From positions 248,001 to 312,000 of the forward strand of contig CM035354.1 in assembly GCA_020137815.1 (NCBI GenBank): DNA of 64,000 bases, written 5' to 3'. The notes under the pieces are model-generated. The model was not told where the DNA came from, did no database searches, and saw only the letters and a list, made by a program, of their open reading frames with translations. Origin of the DNA: Hormiphora californensis (Eukaryota; Animalia; Ctenophora). Of the stretch, positions 1-23,390 are shown piece after piece (the stretch's first letter is position 1; each line of letters begins with the position of its first letter). Made by a program: the position numbers and the translations under genes.

Positions 1-1860
1 GTGGAGTGTGGAGGGACGGGTTAGTGGGGTATTGAGGGACGGGTTAGTGGGGTATTGAGGGACGGATTAGTGGGGTATTGAGGGACGGGTTAGTCCCTGG
101 TTCAACACTACATCTGGTACCAACTGGATGTCCACTCTAAGAGACTCTACTACATCTACCTGCAACAACAAGAGATGTCAGGACGGGTTAGTGGAGTGTG
201 GAGGGACGGGTTAGTGGGGTATTGAGGGACGGGTTAGTGGGGTATTGAGGGACGGATTAGTGGGGTATTGAGGGACGGGTTAGTCCCTGGTTCAACACTA
301 CATCTGGTACCAACTGGATGTCCACTCTAAGAGACTCTACTACATCTACCTGCAACAACAGGAGATGTCAGGACGGGTTAGTGGAGTGTGGAGGGACGGG
401 TTAGTGGGGTATTGAGGGACGGGTTAGTGGGGTATTGAGGGACGGATTAGTGGGGTATTGAGGGACGGGTTAGTCCCTGGTTCAACACTACATCTGGTAC
501 CAACTGGATGTCCACTCTAAGAGACTCTACTACATCTACCTGCAACAACAGGAGATGTCAGGACGGGTTAGTGGAGTGTGGAGGGACGGGTTAGTGGGGT
601 ATTGAGGGACGGGTTAGTGGGGTATTGAGGGACGGATTAGTGGGGTATTGAGGGACGGGTTAGTCCCTGGTTCAACACTACATCTGGTACCAACTGGATG
701 TCCACTCTAAGAGACTCTACTACATCTACCTGCAACAACAGGAGATGTCAGGACGGGTTAGTGGAGTATTGGAGAAGGAAGGAAGGGAGGGAAGGACGAG
801 TTAGTGGAGTGTGGAGGGACGGGTTAGTGGGGTATAAAGGAAGGGAGGGATACCCACTCTAAGAGACTCTACTACATCTACCTGCAACAACAGGAGATGT
901 CAGGACGGGTTAGTGGAGTGTGGAGGGACGGGTTAGTGGAGTGTGTAGGGACGGGTTAGTGGGGTATTGAGGAAGGAAGGAAGGGAGGGAAGGACGAGTT
1001 AGTGGAGTGTGGAGGGACGGGTTAGTGGGGTATAAAGGAAGGGAGGGATACCCACTCTAAGAGACTCTACTACATCTACCTGCAACAACAGGAGATGTCA
1101 GGACGGGTTAGTGGAGTGTGGAGGGGCGGGTTAGTGGAGTGTGTAGGGACGGGTTAGTGGGGTATTGAGGAAGGAAGGAAGGGAGGGAAGGACGAGTTAG
1201 TGGAGTGTGGAGGGACGGGTTAGTGGGGTATAAAGGAAGGGAGGGATACCCACTCTAAGAGACTCTACTACATCTACCTGCAACAACAGGAGATGTCAGG
1301 ACGGGTTAGTGGAGTATTGAGGAAGGAAGGAAGGGAGGGAAGGACGGGTTAGTGGGGTGTGGAGGGACGGGTTAGTGGGGTATAAAGGAAGGGAGGGATA
1401 CCCACTCTAAGAGACTCTACTACATCTACCTGCAACAACAGGAGATGTCAGGACGGGTTAGTGGAGTGTGGAGGGACGGGTTAGTGGAGTGTGTAGGGAC
1501 GGGTTAGTGGGGTATTGAGGGACGGATTAGTGGGGTATTGAGGGACGGATTAGTGGGGTATTGAGGGACGGGTTAGTCCCTGGTTCAACACTACATCTGG
1601 TACCAACTGGATGTCCACTCTAAGAGACTCTACTACATCTACCTGCAACAACAGGAGATGTCAGGACGGGTTAGTGGAGTGTGGAGGGGCGGGTTAGTGG
1701 AGTGTGTAGGGACGGGTTAGTGGGGTATTGAGGAAGGAAGGAAGGGAGGGAGGAGTTAGTGGAGTGTGGAGGAAGGGAGGGACGGGTTAGTGGAGTGTGG
1801 AGGAAGGGAGGGACGGGTTAGTGGGGTGTGGAGGAAGGGAGGGACGGATTAGTGGGACGA
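1..1860 (+). repeat. Complex minisatellite: 190-bp unit containing a GSAP coding segment plus GGGACGGGTTAGTGG subrepeats
   Basis: Near-identical units with the coding block starting at 94, 284, 474, 664 and 1577; truncated copies at about 854, 1052, 1250 and 1402. Confidence 0.95.
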
Positions 1861-4800
1861 AGATAAGAGGGAATTGACATATTATCACATATTATCACTA
1901 GTTTAGCAATAGAATTGAGTGGTTAAGGGTACACCTGGCGTTTTTCATCATCGAGTGCCCAACCAAATGACTTCACCAGGGTTTAGGCCATACAAAATGG
2001 ACCTCAAATATGCAATTTTAGCCCTAAATTCGAATTCATATTTTTGCTACAGCCTATTTTCAAAGTGGCGTTTTTTCAATTTTTGTTGGAATTTTTAACC
2101 TCAGGACCACTTTTTTTGAGATAGAAACATTAAATTCTTGGAATTTGAAGAGAATATAAAGGTGAATAAGCCCAAAGAAGGATTTTTGAAATGGAGCTTA
2201 TTTCTGGCCATAAGAACGGTTTACTTTTTTGCTTCTTTGACACGCTGGCTGACAATGTTCCCATGCTTCATTAGAGATGAAAATCTGGAAATAGTTGCTC
2301 AAAACGATTATCTATGTGGCCCAAAAATTTTGGAACTTTCCCGCCAAAGATGTGGTGTACAGAGCTTGTTTTGTGAAACCCGTCTTTTTGAAAAAGAGGG
2401 AAATTCCCTGTATCTCAAAAACGGATGATCGTAGAGACCTGCGACCAAGCTTAATCGATTCAGAAGGTCCGATTTTGGGGGGGGTCTTCTGAGAGACATT
2501 TTGCTCCTACTCCAACCGTTTTTGCTGTAATTGCGAAAAAGGTATCAGCAAGTAAGGGGAAATCAGCCCGAAGCAGGCTACTGGAATAGAGTTGTTCCCC
2601 CTTTTCATAGAATTGGTTTTTTGCAATTACAGCAAAAACGGTTGGAGTAGGAGCAAAATGTCTCTCAGAAGACCCCCCCAAAATCGGACCTTCTAAATCG
2701 ATTAAGCTTGGTCGCAGGTCTCTACGATCATCCGTTTTTGAGATACAGGGAATTTCCCTCTTTTTCAAAAAGACGGGTTTCACAAAACAAGCTCTGTACA
2801 CCACATCTTTGGCGGGAAAGTTCCAAAATTTTTGGGCCTCATAGATAATCGTTTTGAGCAACTATTTCCAGATTTTCATCTCTAATGAAGCATGGGAACA
2901 TTGTCAGCCAGCGTGTCAAAGAAGCAAAAAAGTAAACCGTTCTCATGGCCAGAAATAAGCTCCATTTCAAAAATCCTTCTTTGGGCTTATTCACCTTTAT
3001 ATTCTCTTCAAATTCCAAGAATTTAATGTTTCTATCTCAAAAAAAGTGGTCCTGAGGTTAAAAATTCCAACAAAAATTGAAAAAACGCCACTTTGAAAAT
3101 AGGCTGTAGCAAAAATATGAATTCGAATTTAGGGCTAAAATTGCATATTTGAGGTCCATTTTGTATGAACTAAACCCTGGTGAAGTCATTTGGTTGGGCA
3201 CTCGATGATGAAAAACGCCAGGTGTACCCTTAATAAAACAAATTCTGCTCTCTACCAGGCGTCTGCTGGTGAAAGAAGCCAAACAGTCAGTTCCATGTTT
3301 AATGTCTTCCAGTTCTCGACAGTCAGCCACCCGCAACTGACTCTATCTGTGAAACTTCCCCTCCCCATTTTACCGGAACTTTATACCGTCAGGTAACAAG
3401 GTTTAGGTAACTGATATATTCTAACCAGGGAACAGCACTGTTTTTGTAAAGGTCCTTGATCATTGATGAACAATTAACCGTTTAGTTGCTAATTGACCTC
3501 AGAGCTATAACAACTAGTTCGATTGACCGGGGATTAAACCAGGGATCTCCAGAAAGACATGCTCTATTGGAGCTATACCAATATAAGCTACCAAACCCTT
3601 ACTAGATAAATGTGTATGGACTTCTTCTTTGACCGCTTCCCGGAGCACAAAACACTGTTTTCCTTCTTCAGACTTTTCTTATCCCTAATTGCTTCAGTAA
3701 CCGGTGTAGCCTCGGTCCCACCTCTCTCTCTTTGACTGACTGCCGAGTTACTACCTCTGTTCTGCAGACGGGGGACGCTACCGTACTTTGTATTGCTTAC
3801 AATTATAAGTATTGGGTCTATATCCTACACCTGGGTAAGAGTCGCAGCTGTATGAAAGTATGAACAATTCAAAGAGATACAGTTGTTTTATTCTTTATTT
3901 AAAAGTTAAGATCATTCACCTGATGTCTTGATTGTTTTCTAAAAGCAGCTCATCTCACGCAGGATATCTAGTAGAGTGTAGTTACTGGTCCCTGATTGGC
4001 TGATAACCAGTCACGTGACCTAAATAACGAGTTCTGATTGGTTGTTTATCCACACAGGATATCTAGTAGAGTGTAGTTACTGGTCCCTGATTGGCTGATA
4101 ACCAGTCACGTGACCTAAATAACGAGTTCTGATTGGTTGTTTATCCACACAGGATATCTAGTAGAGTGTAGTTACGGGGAGGAGGGTAAGCCACCTCCTG
4201 TGTTGACCTTCCTGGAACTGAATGGGTACACTATAGTATACAGCCCTGTCGGAACACTCCATTGTATCGATACGAGGTGAGTGTGGCTATTTTATTGTAA
4301 AATGTGTGCGAGGGCTCTGTAGATCAAGGTGAGAGGTTATAAGTGTTGTTATAAGCAGGAACCGACCGAATCAGGAAATACTGGTCCCTGATTGGCTGAT
4401 AACCAGTCACGTGACCTAAATAACGAGTTTTGATTGGCTGTTTACTTAATCCGGTCGGTTCCTGGTTATAAGATGTCAGGATGAAAGTATGCCACCGGTA
4501 AAAATACTGTTTGTTTACCTAAGGGTTACACGGTCGCTTGTAGTGGGAAAACGGTAATGGAAAACGAAGATACAGTAAGACGACGCGCAACCGTGACCAA
4601 TCAGGGCGCTAGTACGTGCTGACACATGAACTTTTTGCCGCGCGTTATGCAACGTGCGCGTCTCTTTACTGTATTTTGCGTTACCGTATTTTGACTGCAA
4701 GCAGCACTGTAAGCTAAGAAACGATTTAAATCACAACCATATATGGTTGTGATTTAAATCGTTTCTTATATACATATACATCGAATAATTCTTAGAAGAT

Positions 4801-7800
4801 TAAAGAGAAACACTCAGATCATTTAGAATTGAAGTACAAACACTGCAGAATGCAGCTGAGTATTGTAATTCACCCTACTGCTATTGTACATGTACACTGA
4901 GTGTGGGATCTACTTTCATACAACTGTAGGACCATTTACAAATCCCTTGCTGTGTCTTCCTTTTATCAGAGCTCTGTGAGAATGGGAGGGTACCCATAAG
5001 TTAGCCAACCATAACTATAATTTAGCGGGGGGGGGCCAACGAATTTTTTATATATTTCCTTAATTTTGGAATTTTTTATATATATATAAAAATATATAAA
5101 AATATATAAAAATATATAAAAATATATAAAGTTATATAAATAATATATAAAAATATATAAAAATATATAAAAATATATAAAATAAACCCTTTTTTCACCC
5201 CTTTTACTTTCAAAAAAGGGGATTATTTCCATCTATTGTTCACTTGAATATGTTTCATAGAGTTAATTTAAGTGTTTGAGAGGGTGATAGCTGTTTTACA
5301 TAATTGAGAATGTGTTCAAAAGTGAATTATGCACTGTCAAAAGTAGAACTGGTGAAGAGAGGTTCCGGCCTAATAATATCTACCAGTTTTGGTGTGATTT
5401 CAATCATTTTTTGTATGTTGATCCGTGCAGATGTACTAGAACTGGTGAAGAGAGGTTGGGATCGCGAAACTAAAAAAACAAATAATTTTTGACGTCATTT
5501 TGACGTCATGACGTTATTGACGCGACGTCACGATGTTACAAACGTCACATTGATGACGGAAAATCATCAGGATTATCTAGATGAAGATGCTGACCAAGTT
5601 TGAGATCAATTGAATGATATTTGATCCCGCTATGGCGAAAAACAGCTTTCTGTTTTCACACTTTCGGCACAATTTTTTATATATTTTTATATATTTTTTA
5701 TATATTTTTATATATTTTTATATATTCATATGTATTTTTATATATTTTTATATATTTTATATATATATAAAAAATTATGTTTTTTTTTTCCAAAAAAAAG
5801 GTATATAAAATACAGTCGAACCCCGATTTACCGGGATCCTCGGGGGAAGCCATTTTGCCCGGTAAATCGGGGCACCCGGTATATCGGGGTAGAGCATATT
5901 TGACCCATAAATCCTACTTTTGTCCAAAATTCTATACCAAGACACCTTTAACTGTATAGTATAAATTTATTGATGACAATATATGATCATTACTTCTGTC
6001 ATTAGAAATAGAAAATTTGAAAAATTTTTCTAAGGTAAACCACCCCGACCGAGTCCGAATCGTGTTTCGAATCGGTGCATCTTATCACGTGTCCTGCCGC
6101 TAATTAGACGGTTCGAAACGAACCGATACGTGATACCATGCCGAATCTGGGCACCCTAAGCGGGGTGAGGAAGTATCAAAGTTTCAAAATAACTTTTTCT
6201 CTGAAAATTTACGGGGAGCATCGATCAAAGCATTGACAATGATTCTGTAAAATTTTGCAAAAAAAGTTATGAAATTTTTCTAAGGTATACCAGCCACGTA
6301 CGAATCGTGTTTCGAATCGGTGCATCTTATCACTGTCCTACCGCTAATTAGACGGTTCGAAACGAACCGATACGTGATCCCCATTAGACCTAGCGAATTG
6401 CAAATGCAAGTTTACCAACCGGCCAAACTTCAGAAATTTTCCCAAAAAAAATCGGGGGAAAGAAATCCTCCCGGTAAATCGGGGTTCCGGTAAATCGGGG
6501 CCCGGTAAATCGGGGCCCGACTGTATATAAAAATATATAAAAAATGAGCGTTGGCCCCCCCCCCCAATTTAGCCAATCTGCCTATAATATACCTGCCTAT
6601 ATAGTCACTAACCTCCCCTTCCTAGTACGGGACATTGTACCCAAGCAAATATGGTGTGCTCCAAGGGGTGTTCTACTGGTCCCCAGTTCTCTCTCGACGA
6701 ATGTATCCAGAAGATAGGACACCCAACTATATTGTGCCCAGTCTGCTTACCAAATGAGGAACGGGGAATATTTGTAAACCAACACACTCTTTACAGGGTA
6801 ATAATGTGGGGTTTAATCCCCCCCCCCCCCCCCCCCCCCGTTTAATTAAACACATAAAACTGTTTCCTGATTATAATAGGAGGTCCAATTCAACATTTAA
6901 AAGTGGGGGTAAGGATTTAATATTCCTGTTTTTTGAGAGGGTAACATACATGAAAATTGACTTAGAGAGAGGAACCGGGATGAATCTAACCGGCTAGACT
7001 TAGATTATAACCTCGGTTTACTGGACTCCTTGGGGAAAGTTTGGTACGGTGAATATATCAAGCTTTGACTGTATCACTGTTTCAGATAGCTGTAAGGGAC
7101 GCCCATATGTTAGAATTGTACAGGGGCACACACTGTAAAGATACCTGGTCATTTCTTCTTCATGTCGCTATCTCTCATCTATCAAACACCAAGGTACTAA
7201 GGGTACTTAAGGGTACACCTCGGCAAATGTTTTGTCGAGTGCCCGCTTAGCTCTCCATATGGGGTTGTAGGGCATACCAAGCCGACCTCAAATATGCAAT
7301 TTTAGCCCTTAACTCGAATTCATGTTTTTGCTACAGCCCCTCAAAGTTTGACCCTAAAAACCGGTTTTTAAGGTCCCTAAATTTTATTTTTAGGGCTAGA
7401 AAGCTGAAAATTTAGGGATTCATAGAGGATACCAAGGTGTATAGCTCAAACAGAAATTTTTTGAAATGGAGCTCAATTTTTTGTCTGAGACTATTTTACT
7501 TTTTTTGACTTTGAGGCCATATTTGGACATGTTCCTATGGACCGTTAAGGCTAAAAATTGGATATTTGGTGCTCCTAACAATTGTCAAAGTAGCCACAAA
7601 TTTTCAGGAGGTCCGAATTTGAAATGTGGCCTACAGGTTTCTTTTTGTAAAGCACATATTTTAGGAAAACTTAAAATGGCTATATCTCAAAAACGGTAGG
7701 TCCTAGCGATCTAATTTTGTGCTAAATCGATTCAGCGGGTCCGATTTTGGGGGGGTCGTCTCTTAGACATTTTGCTCTAAGTCTAACCGTTTTTTCAGAA

Positions 7801-10800
7801 ATCGTATTTAAAGATTTGAACATGTTTAGCAGAAATAGGTAAGATTAGCTCTAGCTAGAAGCATTTCTGCTAAACATGTACACACCTTAAAATACGATTT
7901 CTGAAAAAACGGTTAGACTTAGAGCAAAATGTCTAAGAGACGACCCCCCCAAAATCGGACCCGCTGAATCGATTTAGCACGAAATTAGATCGCTAGGACC
8001 TACCGTTTTTGAGATATAGCCATTTTAAGTTTTCCTAAAATATGTGCTTTACAAAAAGAAACCTGTAGGCCACATTTCAAATTCGGACCTCCTGAAAATT
8101 TGTGGCTACTTTGACAATTGTTAGGAGCACCAAATATCCAATTTTTAGCCTTAACGGTCCATAGGAACATGTCCAAATATGGCCTCAAAGTCAAAAAAAG
8201 TAAAATAGTCTCAGACAAAAAATTGAGCTCCATTTCAAAAAATTTCTGTTTGAGCTATACACCTTGGTATCCTCTATGAATCCCTAAATTTTCAGCTTTC
8301 TAGCCCTAAAAATAAAATTTAGGGACCTTAAAAACCGGTTTTTAGGGTCAAACTTTGAGGGGCTGTAGCAAAAATATGAATTCGAGTTAAGGGCTAAAAT
8401 TGCATATTTGAGGTCGGCTTGGTATGCCCTACAACCCCATATGGAGAGCTAAGCGGGCACTCGACAAAAATTTTGCCGAGGTGTACCCTTAAGGGTTAGA
8501 AGCAGGAACCGACCGAATAAGGAAATACTGGTCCCTGATTGGCTGATAACCAGTCACGTGACCTAAATAACGAGTTTTGATCGGTTGTTTACTTGTTTCG
8601 GTCGGTTCCTGGTTAGAAGCTGTTTGCTGTTGGCTGAACTATGTCAGGTGTTAGCAGCTGTGTACTAAAGTTGGTATGTGGTTCCTGATATTCTAGTAGT
8701 TGACACTTGACTATATGATATATCAAATGTCACAGTGTTATTATTTCAGCTTGCTCATAAAATGCTGCTACATTCCATTTCCACTGGTGCTCACACTGCA
8801 GAGCTTTTCAAGGAATACCTCCTCTCCACATCTCTCCTCTCAGTCTCGGTGAGTAGCAGAGAGAGAGAGAGAGTTCCCGGAACTAAGTTCCTACTTCCCG
8901 GAACCTCAATTTGCCTTGCCGGGAATCCGGGACAGAGCTGCCCCATTGTCACGCATTTTGGTAAACTTAGTTGGAGCGCGCCCAGACTTGAGTGTATGAA
9001 TATCGGCGCGAAGGGTATATGCCGCGCGCACGTGCAGAGTAGACCGTGGGAAATATTTCCTTCCAGTTCCTGATCATGTTGAGAATCTACAAGTGAAGAT
9101 AAGTCGTTATGCCAATCGGCGATAATATCGAATCGAATCGAAAGATCGAGAGATCGGATCGAATCGAATCGAATCGAGTAGTTTTTTGAGCCCAAAGATC
9201 GAATCGAGATCGAATCGAGATTTTTTGACCGCCCAAAGATCGAATCGAGATCGAATCGAGATTTTTTGAACCCTCAAAGATCGAATCGAGATCGAATCGA
9301 AATTTTTTGAACGCTCAAAGATCGAATCGAGATCGAATCGAAAGTTTTTGAACCCCAAAAGATCGAATCGAGATCGAATCGAAAGTTTTTTATCACCCAA
9401 AGATCGAATCGAGATCGAATCGATATTTTTTGAACCCCGAAAAATCGAATCGTGATCGAATCGATATTTTTTGATCCCCCAAAGATCGAATCGAGATCGA
9501 ATCGAAAAATTTTGATCGGTCACCCAAAGATCGAATCGGGATCGAGAAGAAAATATCAAGAATCTTCGGTTCCTAGCCAGTAGAAACCGGCGTTATTATA
9601 GGATCGAATCGAAGGATCGAAAGATCGAATCGAATCGAGATCGAATCGAAAGTTTTTGATCGCACAAAGATCGAATCGAGATCGAATCGATATTTTTTCA
9701 TCCCCCAAAGATCGAATCGAGATCGAATCGAAATTTTTTGAAAACCGAAAGATCGAATCGAGATCGAATCGAGATTTTTTGAACCCTCAAAGATCGAATC
9801 GAGATCGAATCGAGATTTTTTGAAAACCGAAAGATCGAATCGAGATCGAATCGAAAGTTTTTGAACCCTCAAAGATCGAATCGAGATCGAATCGAAATTT
9901 TTTGAACGCTCAAAGATCGAATCGAGATCGAATCGAAATTTTTTGAACCCCAAAAGATCGAATCGAGATCGAATCGAAAAATTTTGGTCGTCCAAAAAAA
10001 GATCGAGATCGAATCGAGAAAAAAATATCCGGTATCGCCGGTTCCTACAATCGGGGTATCAGTTTCCAATTATTAAGGTCATAAACATAGATATTATTCA
10101 AAATATATCCTTTAATTTACCGGGGAAATCATCCAGATCTCACACAAGAAAAAGTTATAAAAACACTGTCTGGTGGCGCCTGACACCAATTTGATTCTCA
10201 CAAGTGCGCTCAGATGGGGTCGGCGGCGCCAGACAGTTCTCAGATGGGGTCGGTGGCGCCAGACACTACACAACTGCATTTCTTATCAGTATCTCCTCTA
10301 AGTGTGACCCCCTCTTTCAGGCCAAGCTAAACCCTACCCTTGTGGACACTCTACCTTACACTGGTGTTCTCGCACAAGACAGAAACTTATCCGTTACCAA
10401 CATCTTCAAGACCGTTACCAAAATCATCCTGTCATCACAAAAGTTTGAAAACTTTGTGGTACAGCAGGCTGGACCTTTTAACCGGTAATTGACAGTTTGG
10501 TGACTGTTTTAGAGATGGGAGGGATAACACTGTTTTGTGTGAGCTCCCATTGGGGCTCGGACTCAGACGAATTACCCCCGGCCTGCAGCAGTAGCTACCC
10601 CCCCCCCCCCCCCCAGAATCATCCCTTATCACATGCATGATGCACGGATGACTTGTAATTTGTATTTATGATTCCTTCCAATTTACTCAACAATCAAATT
10701 TACTGGGCCAATTTACTCAACAATCCAATTTCCATATATCTCTGTAGGTTTAACCTAGAGGATTTTGTGTCCAAACTAGGGCACAACCTCTCCGAAAATG

Positions 10801-12189
10801 GAGGGACTGGTAGTGTTTACAGTTCGAGTTATCATACCCCAGGATCCAGTCCTTTATCAAAATCTAACTCCGCTAGCTCCTTAGGGGAACAGAGTAGCTG
10901 CAGTTCATCGAACGGTAATTATCATAGTAATTAATTAATTACAGTATAATAGTAATTTCACCAGGTTCTTTTACGCTTTAGCAGTATGGGCACTAAGGTA
11001 GTTTTTAACAAAGTGGGGGGGGGACATGTTAATTGTTAATAAATCACCTCTTAGAAGTGCTTAGAAGTTTATTTTGCAATCTATAACGCTATAAAGCGAT
11101 TTGCTGACCAAAACTCGGAAAGCCCATTCTCACTGCTCGGTCTTGATTTGGCAGTTTGTTTGTTTTAGTGCGTCACTAACTCAAAAGTACAAGTCCCAAA
11201 AGGTCCCTTTTGGGTGCCCCGCACTTAAAATAACTCAGGTGTATCACTTTACAGATAACATTGACGTCACCAACATCACATGCTTTCCAAATTCATTCCA
11301 AATTCTTCTCTCACAGCTGTATTATACGTCTTAGGTCATCAAACATTCTCTATTTTCCACAATTCTTCCGTTTTCTCTTCCTCAATAATCCCCCCCGTCA
11401 GGTCACCGACCAGCAAGCGAAGAAGAGCTCCTAGCAGAGCGTGTTACCAACGCTCTCGAGCTGCACCTCTGGAGACGTTTTAACGAGACCATACCCCTCC
11501 GAAACTGTGAGGAGGCAGCCCGGTCTTATTTTGCTGCCCAGGGCCGATACAGTGCTGTATTGTTATCATTAGCCCTTGTCAGCGCTGGTAAAGATCCACA
11601 TTGGCGACCTGGTAGTTTGGTGAGTGATGATGCCCAATACGATGAGCTAGTGAAAGTGTTGGATAAGTTGAAACTAGTCTTTCTCCAGTTGGGTCTCCCT
11701 ACCCCACCATCCTTTGATTGGATACACCTGTACACCGCATTTAAATCCCTGTCCCGGGAACAGTTCTTGAGACGGCTAGCCAGCAAGACGCTCAAACTAG
11801 CGCCCCGAGCAGTCCAGACGTTCCTCATGGAGGTGGCTGATGACCCCATTTGTGGGCAACTACTGGGTGTCTTGCCCCGGATTCATGCCCTGGAGATCCT
11901 CAGGAAGTGGGAGCACCCTGCATGTCGCTCATTCTACACACAATACCATCTGTTTGGGCTGCGGAGCAAGTACAACCTTACCGGGTCCCTGAAACCCGTC
12001 ACGGAGACGCCCATCGGCCTGAAGACGCACCCCTTTATTCCTGTTAATAGTTTCTACTCCTATATCTTCCACAAGATTGCAGAGGAGAGGGAACCGGACG
12101 AGGGTAAACTGTCTACACTTTGTGAGGTATCCATGGAGACGACCCGGGGTAGGTTAGGGGACGCAACTCTCTCATCAATTACTTTTTGA
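94..12189 (+). CDS. GSAP: Gamma-secretase-activating protein (GSAP/PION/pigeon)-like, 5'-partial. Approximate exons: 94-186 (tandemly repeated), 3259-~3392, 3672-3834, 4153-4276, 6626-6797, 7086-7193, 8750-8848, 10321-10484, 10748-10914, 11402-12189
   Basis: GT-AG exons that phase correctly from 3672 onward (the 3392/3672 junction is not resolved). The peptides HYIWYQLDVHSKRLYYIYL, VLCIAYNYKYWVYILHLG, LTFLELNGYTIVYSPVGTLHCID, ELFKEYLLST, DTLPYT and LPTPPSFDWIHLYTAFKSL follow the order of recalled GSAP motifs (FVWAQWDMSEQRLYYI, LCVCY..YSVFYIHKG, ITFLNLDYYVAVY, LPPGFHTLH). Confidence 0.75.
1927..3229. mobile_element. Non-autonomous foldback DNA transposon, TTAA TSD (Kolobok-like)
   Basis: ~620-bp near-perfect inverted arms; TTAA|GGGTACACC...GGTGTACCC|TTAA. 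Confidence 0.85.
4356..4464. mobile_element. 109-bp hAT-like MITE (CAGGAACCGACCG TIR)
   Basis: TIRs and 8-bp TSD GTTATAAG. Confidence 0.9.
4715..4768. repeat. 54-bp perfect palindrome
   Basis: TAAGAAACGATTTAAATCACAACCATA|TATGGTTGTGATTTAAATCGTTTCTTA. Confidence 0.9.
5027..6565. mobile_element. Non-autonomous DNA transposon with G-run/C-run termini and 8-bp TSD
   Basis: AATTTAGC|GGGGGGGGGCCAACG...CGTTGGCCCCCCCCCCC|AATTTAGC; AT-rich ATATATAAAA subrepeats in inverted orientation. Confidence 0.8.
5813..6523. mobile_element. pogo/Tigger-like MITE nested in the previous element
   Basis: TA|CAGTCGAACCCCGATTTACCGGG...CCCGGTAAATCGGGGCCCGACTG|TA; related fragments at ~39130-39184, ~45215-45263 and ~55775-55836. 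Confidence 0.8.
7211..8488. mobile_element. Non-autonomous foldback DNA transposon, TTAA TSD (Kolobok-like), diverged relative of 1927-3229
   Basis: ~630-bp inverted arms; TTAA|GGGTACACCT...AGGTGTACCC|TTAA; shares blocks such as GACCTCAAATATGCAATTTTAGCCCT with the first element. Confidence 0.85.
8503..8611. mobile_element. 109-bp hAT-like MITE
   Basis: TIRs and TSD GTTAGAAG. Confidence 0.9.
9125..10020. repeat. Two arrays of a ~41-bp minisatellite (AAAGATCGAATCGAGATCGAATCGA core)
   Basis: Tandem units at ~9125-9547 and ~9600-10020; these explain the repetitive RFDLDSI ORFs. Confidence 0.9.
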
Positions 12190-12639
12190 ACATTCTTTAC
12201 TGGTCGCCAAAGGGTGAAGCTCTGGTGTACATGATAGACATGAACAGATTTAATTTTTAACTGACACATGATTTCTTTGAAAAGACACTTTTTTGTTGTT
12301 ATTATAAACTTTAATCAGTTATCTGCAACAGATAAACTCATGTGAAAGACACACAAAGAAAATGTAACGCTCTAGTTGCTAAGGGGATGGGGAATCAGTT
12401 GGTATCGAAGACACCTCACACTCTGTTGGGGGTAACTTCGTAACCAAGGGAATCAGGATCAACCTATAACACACATATTTCTAAGTCCTAATAATTCTAG
12501 ATCAATTCACACAGAAATCTCATCAGGAGCTCTATACTATATGTTATTTTCATCAAATTTATGAGTCTTTATCAGATTTAAGTGTAAGTTATAAGTCCTA
12601 TATAATGTGTAAAGTGTACTAATTGTTTATTGATTGTTT

Positions 12640-23390
<10,751 letters not shown>

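Noticed and set aside
2138-3336. Mirror-image ORFs here and at 7466-8233 and 39284-39938
   Set aside because: They are artifacts of inverted repeats, with no transposase motifs.
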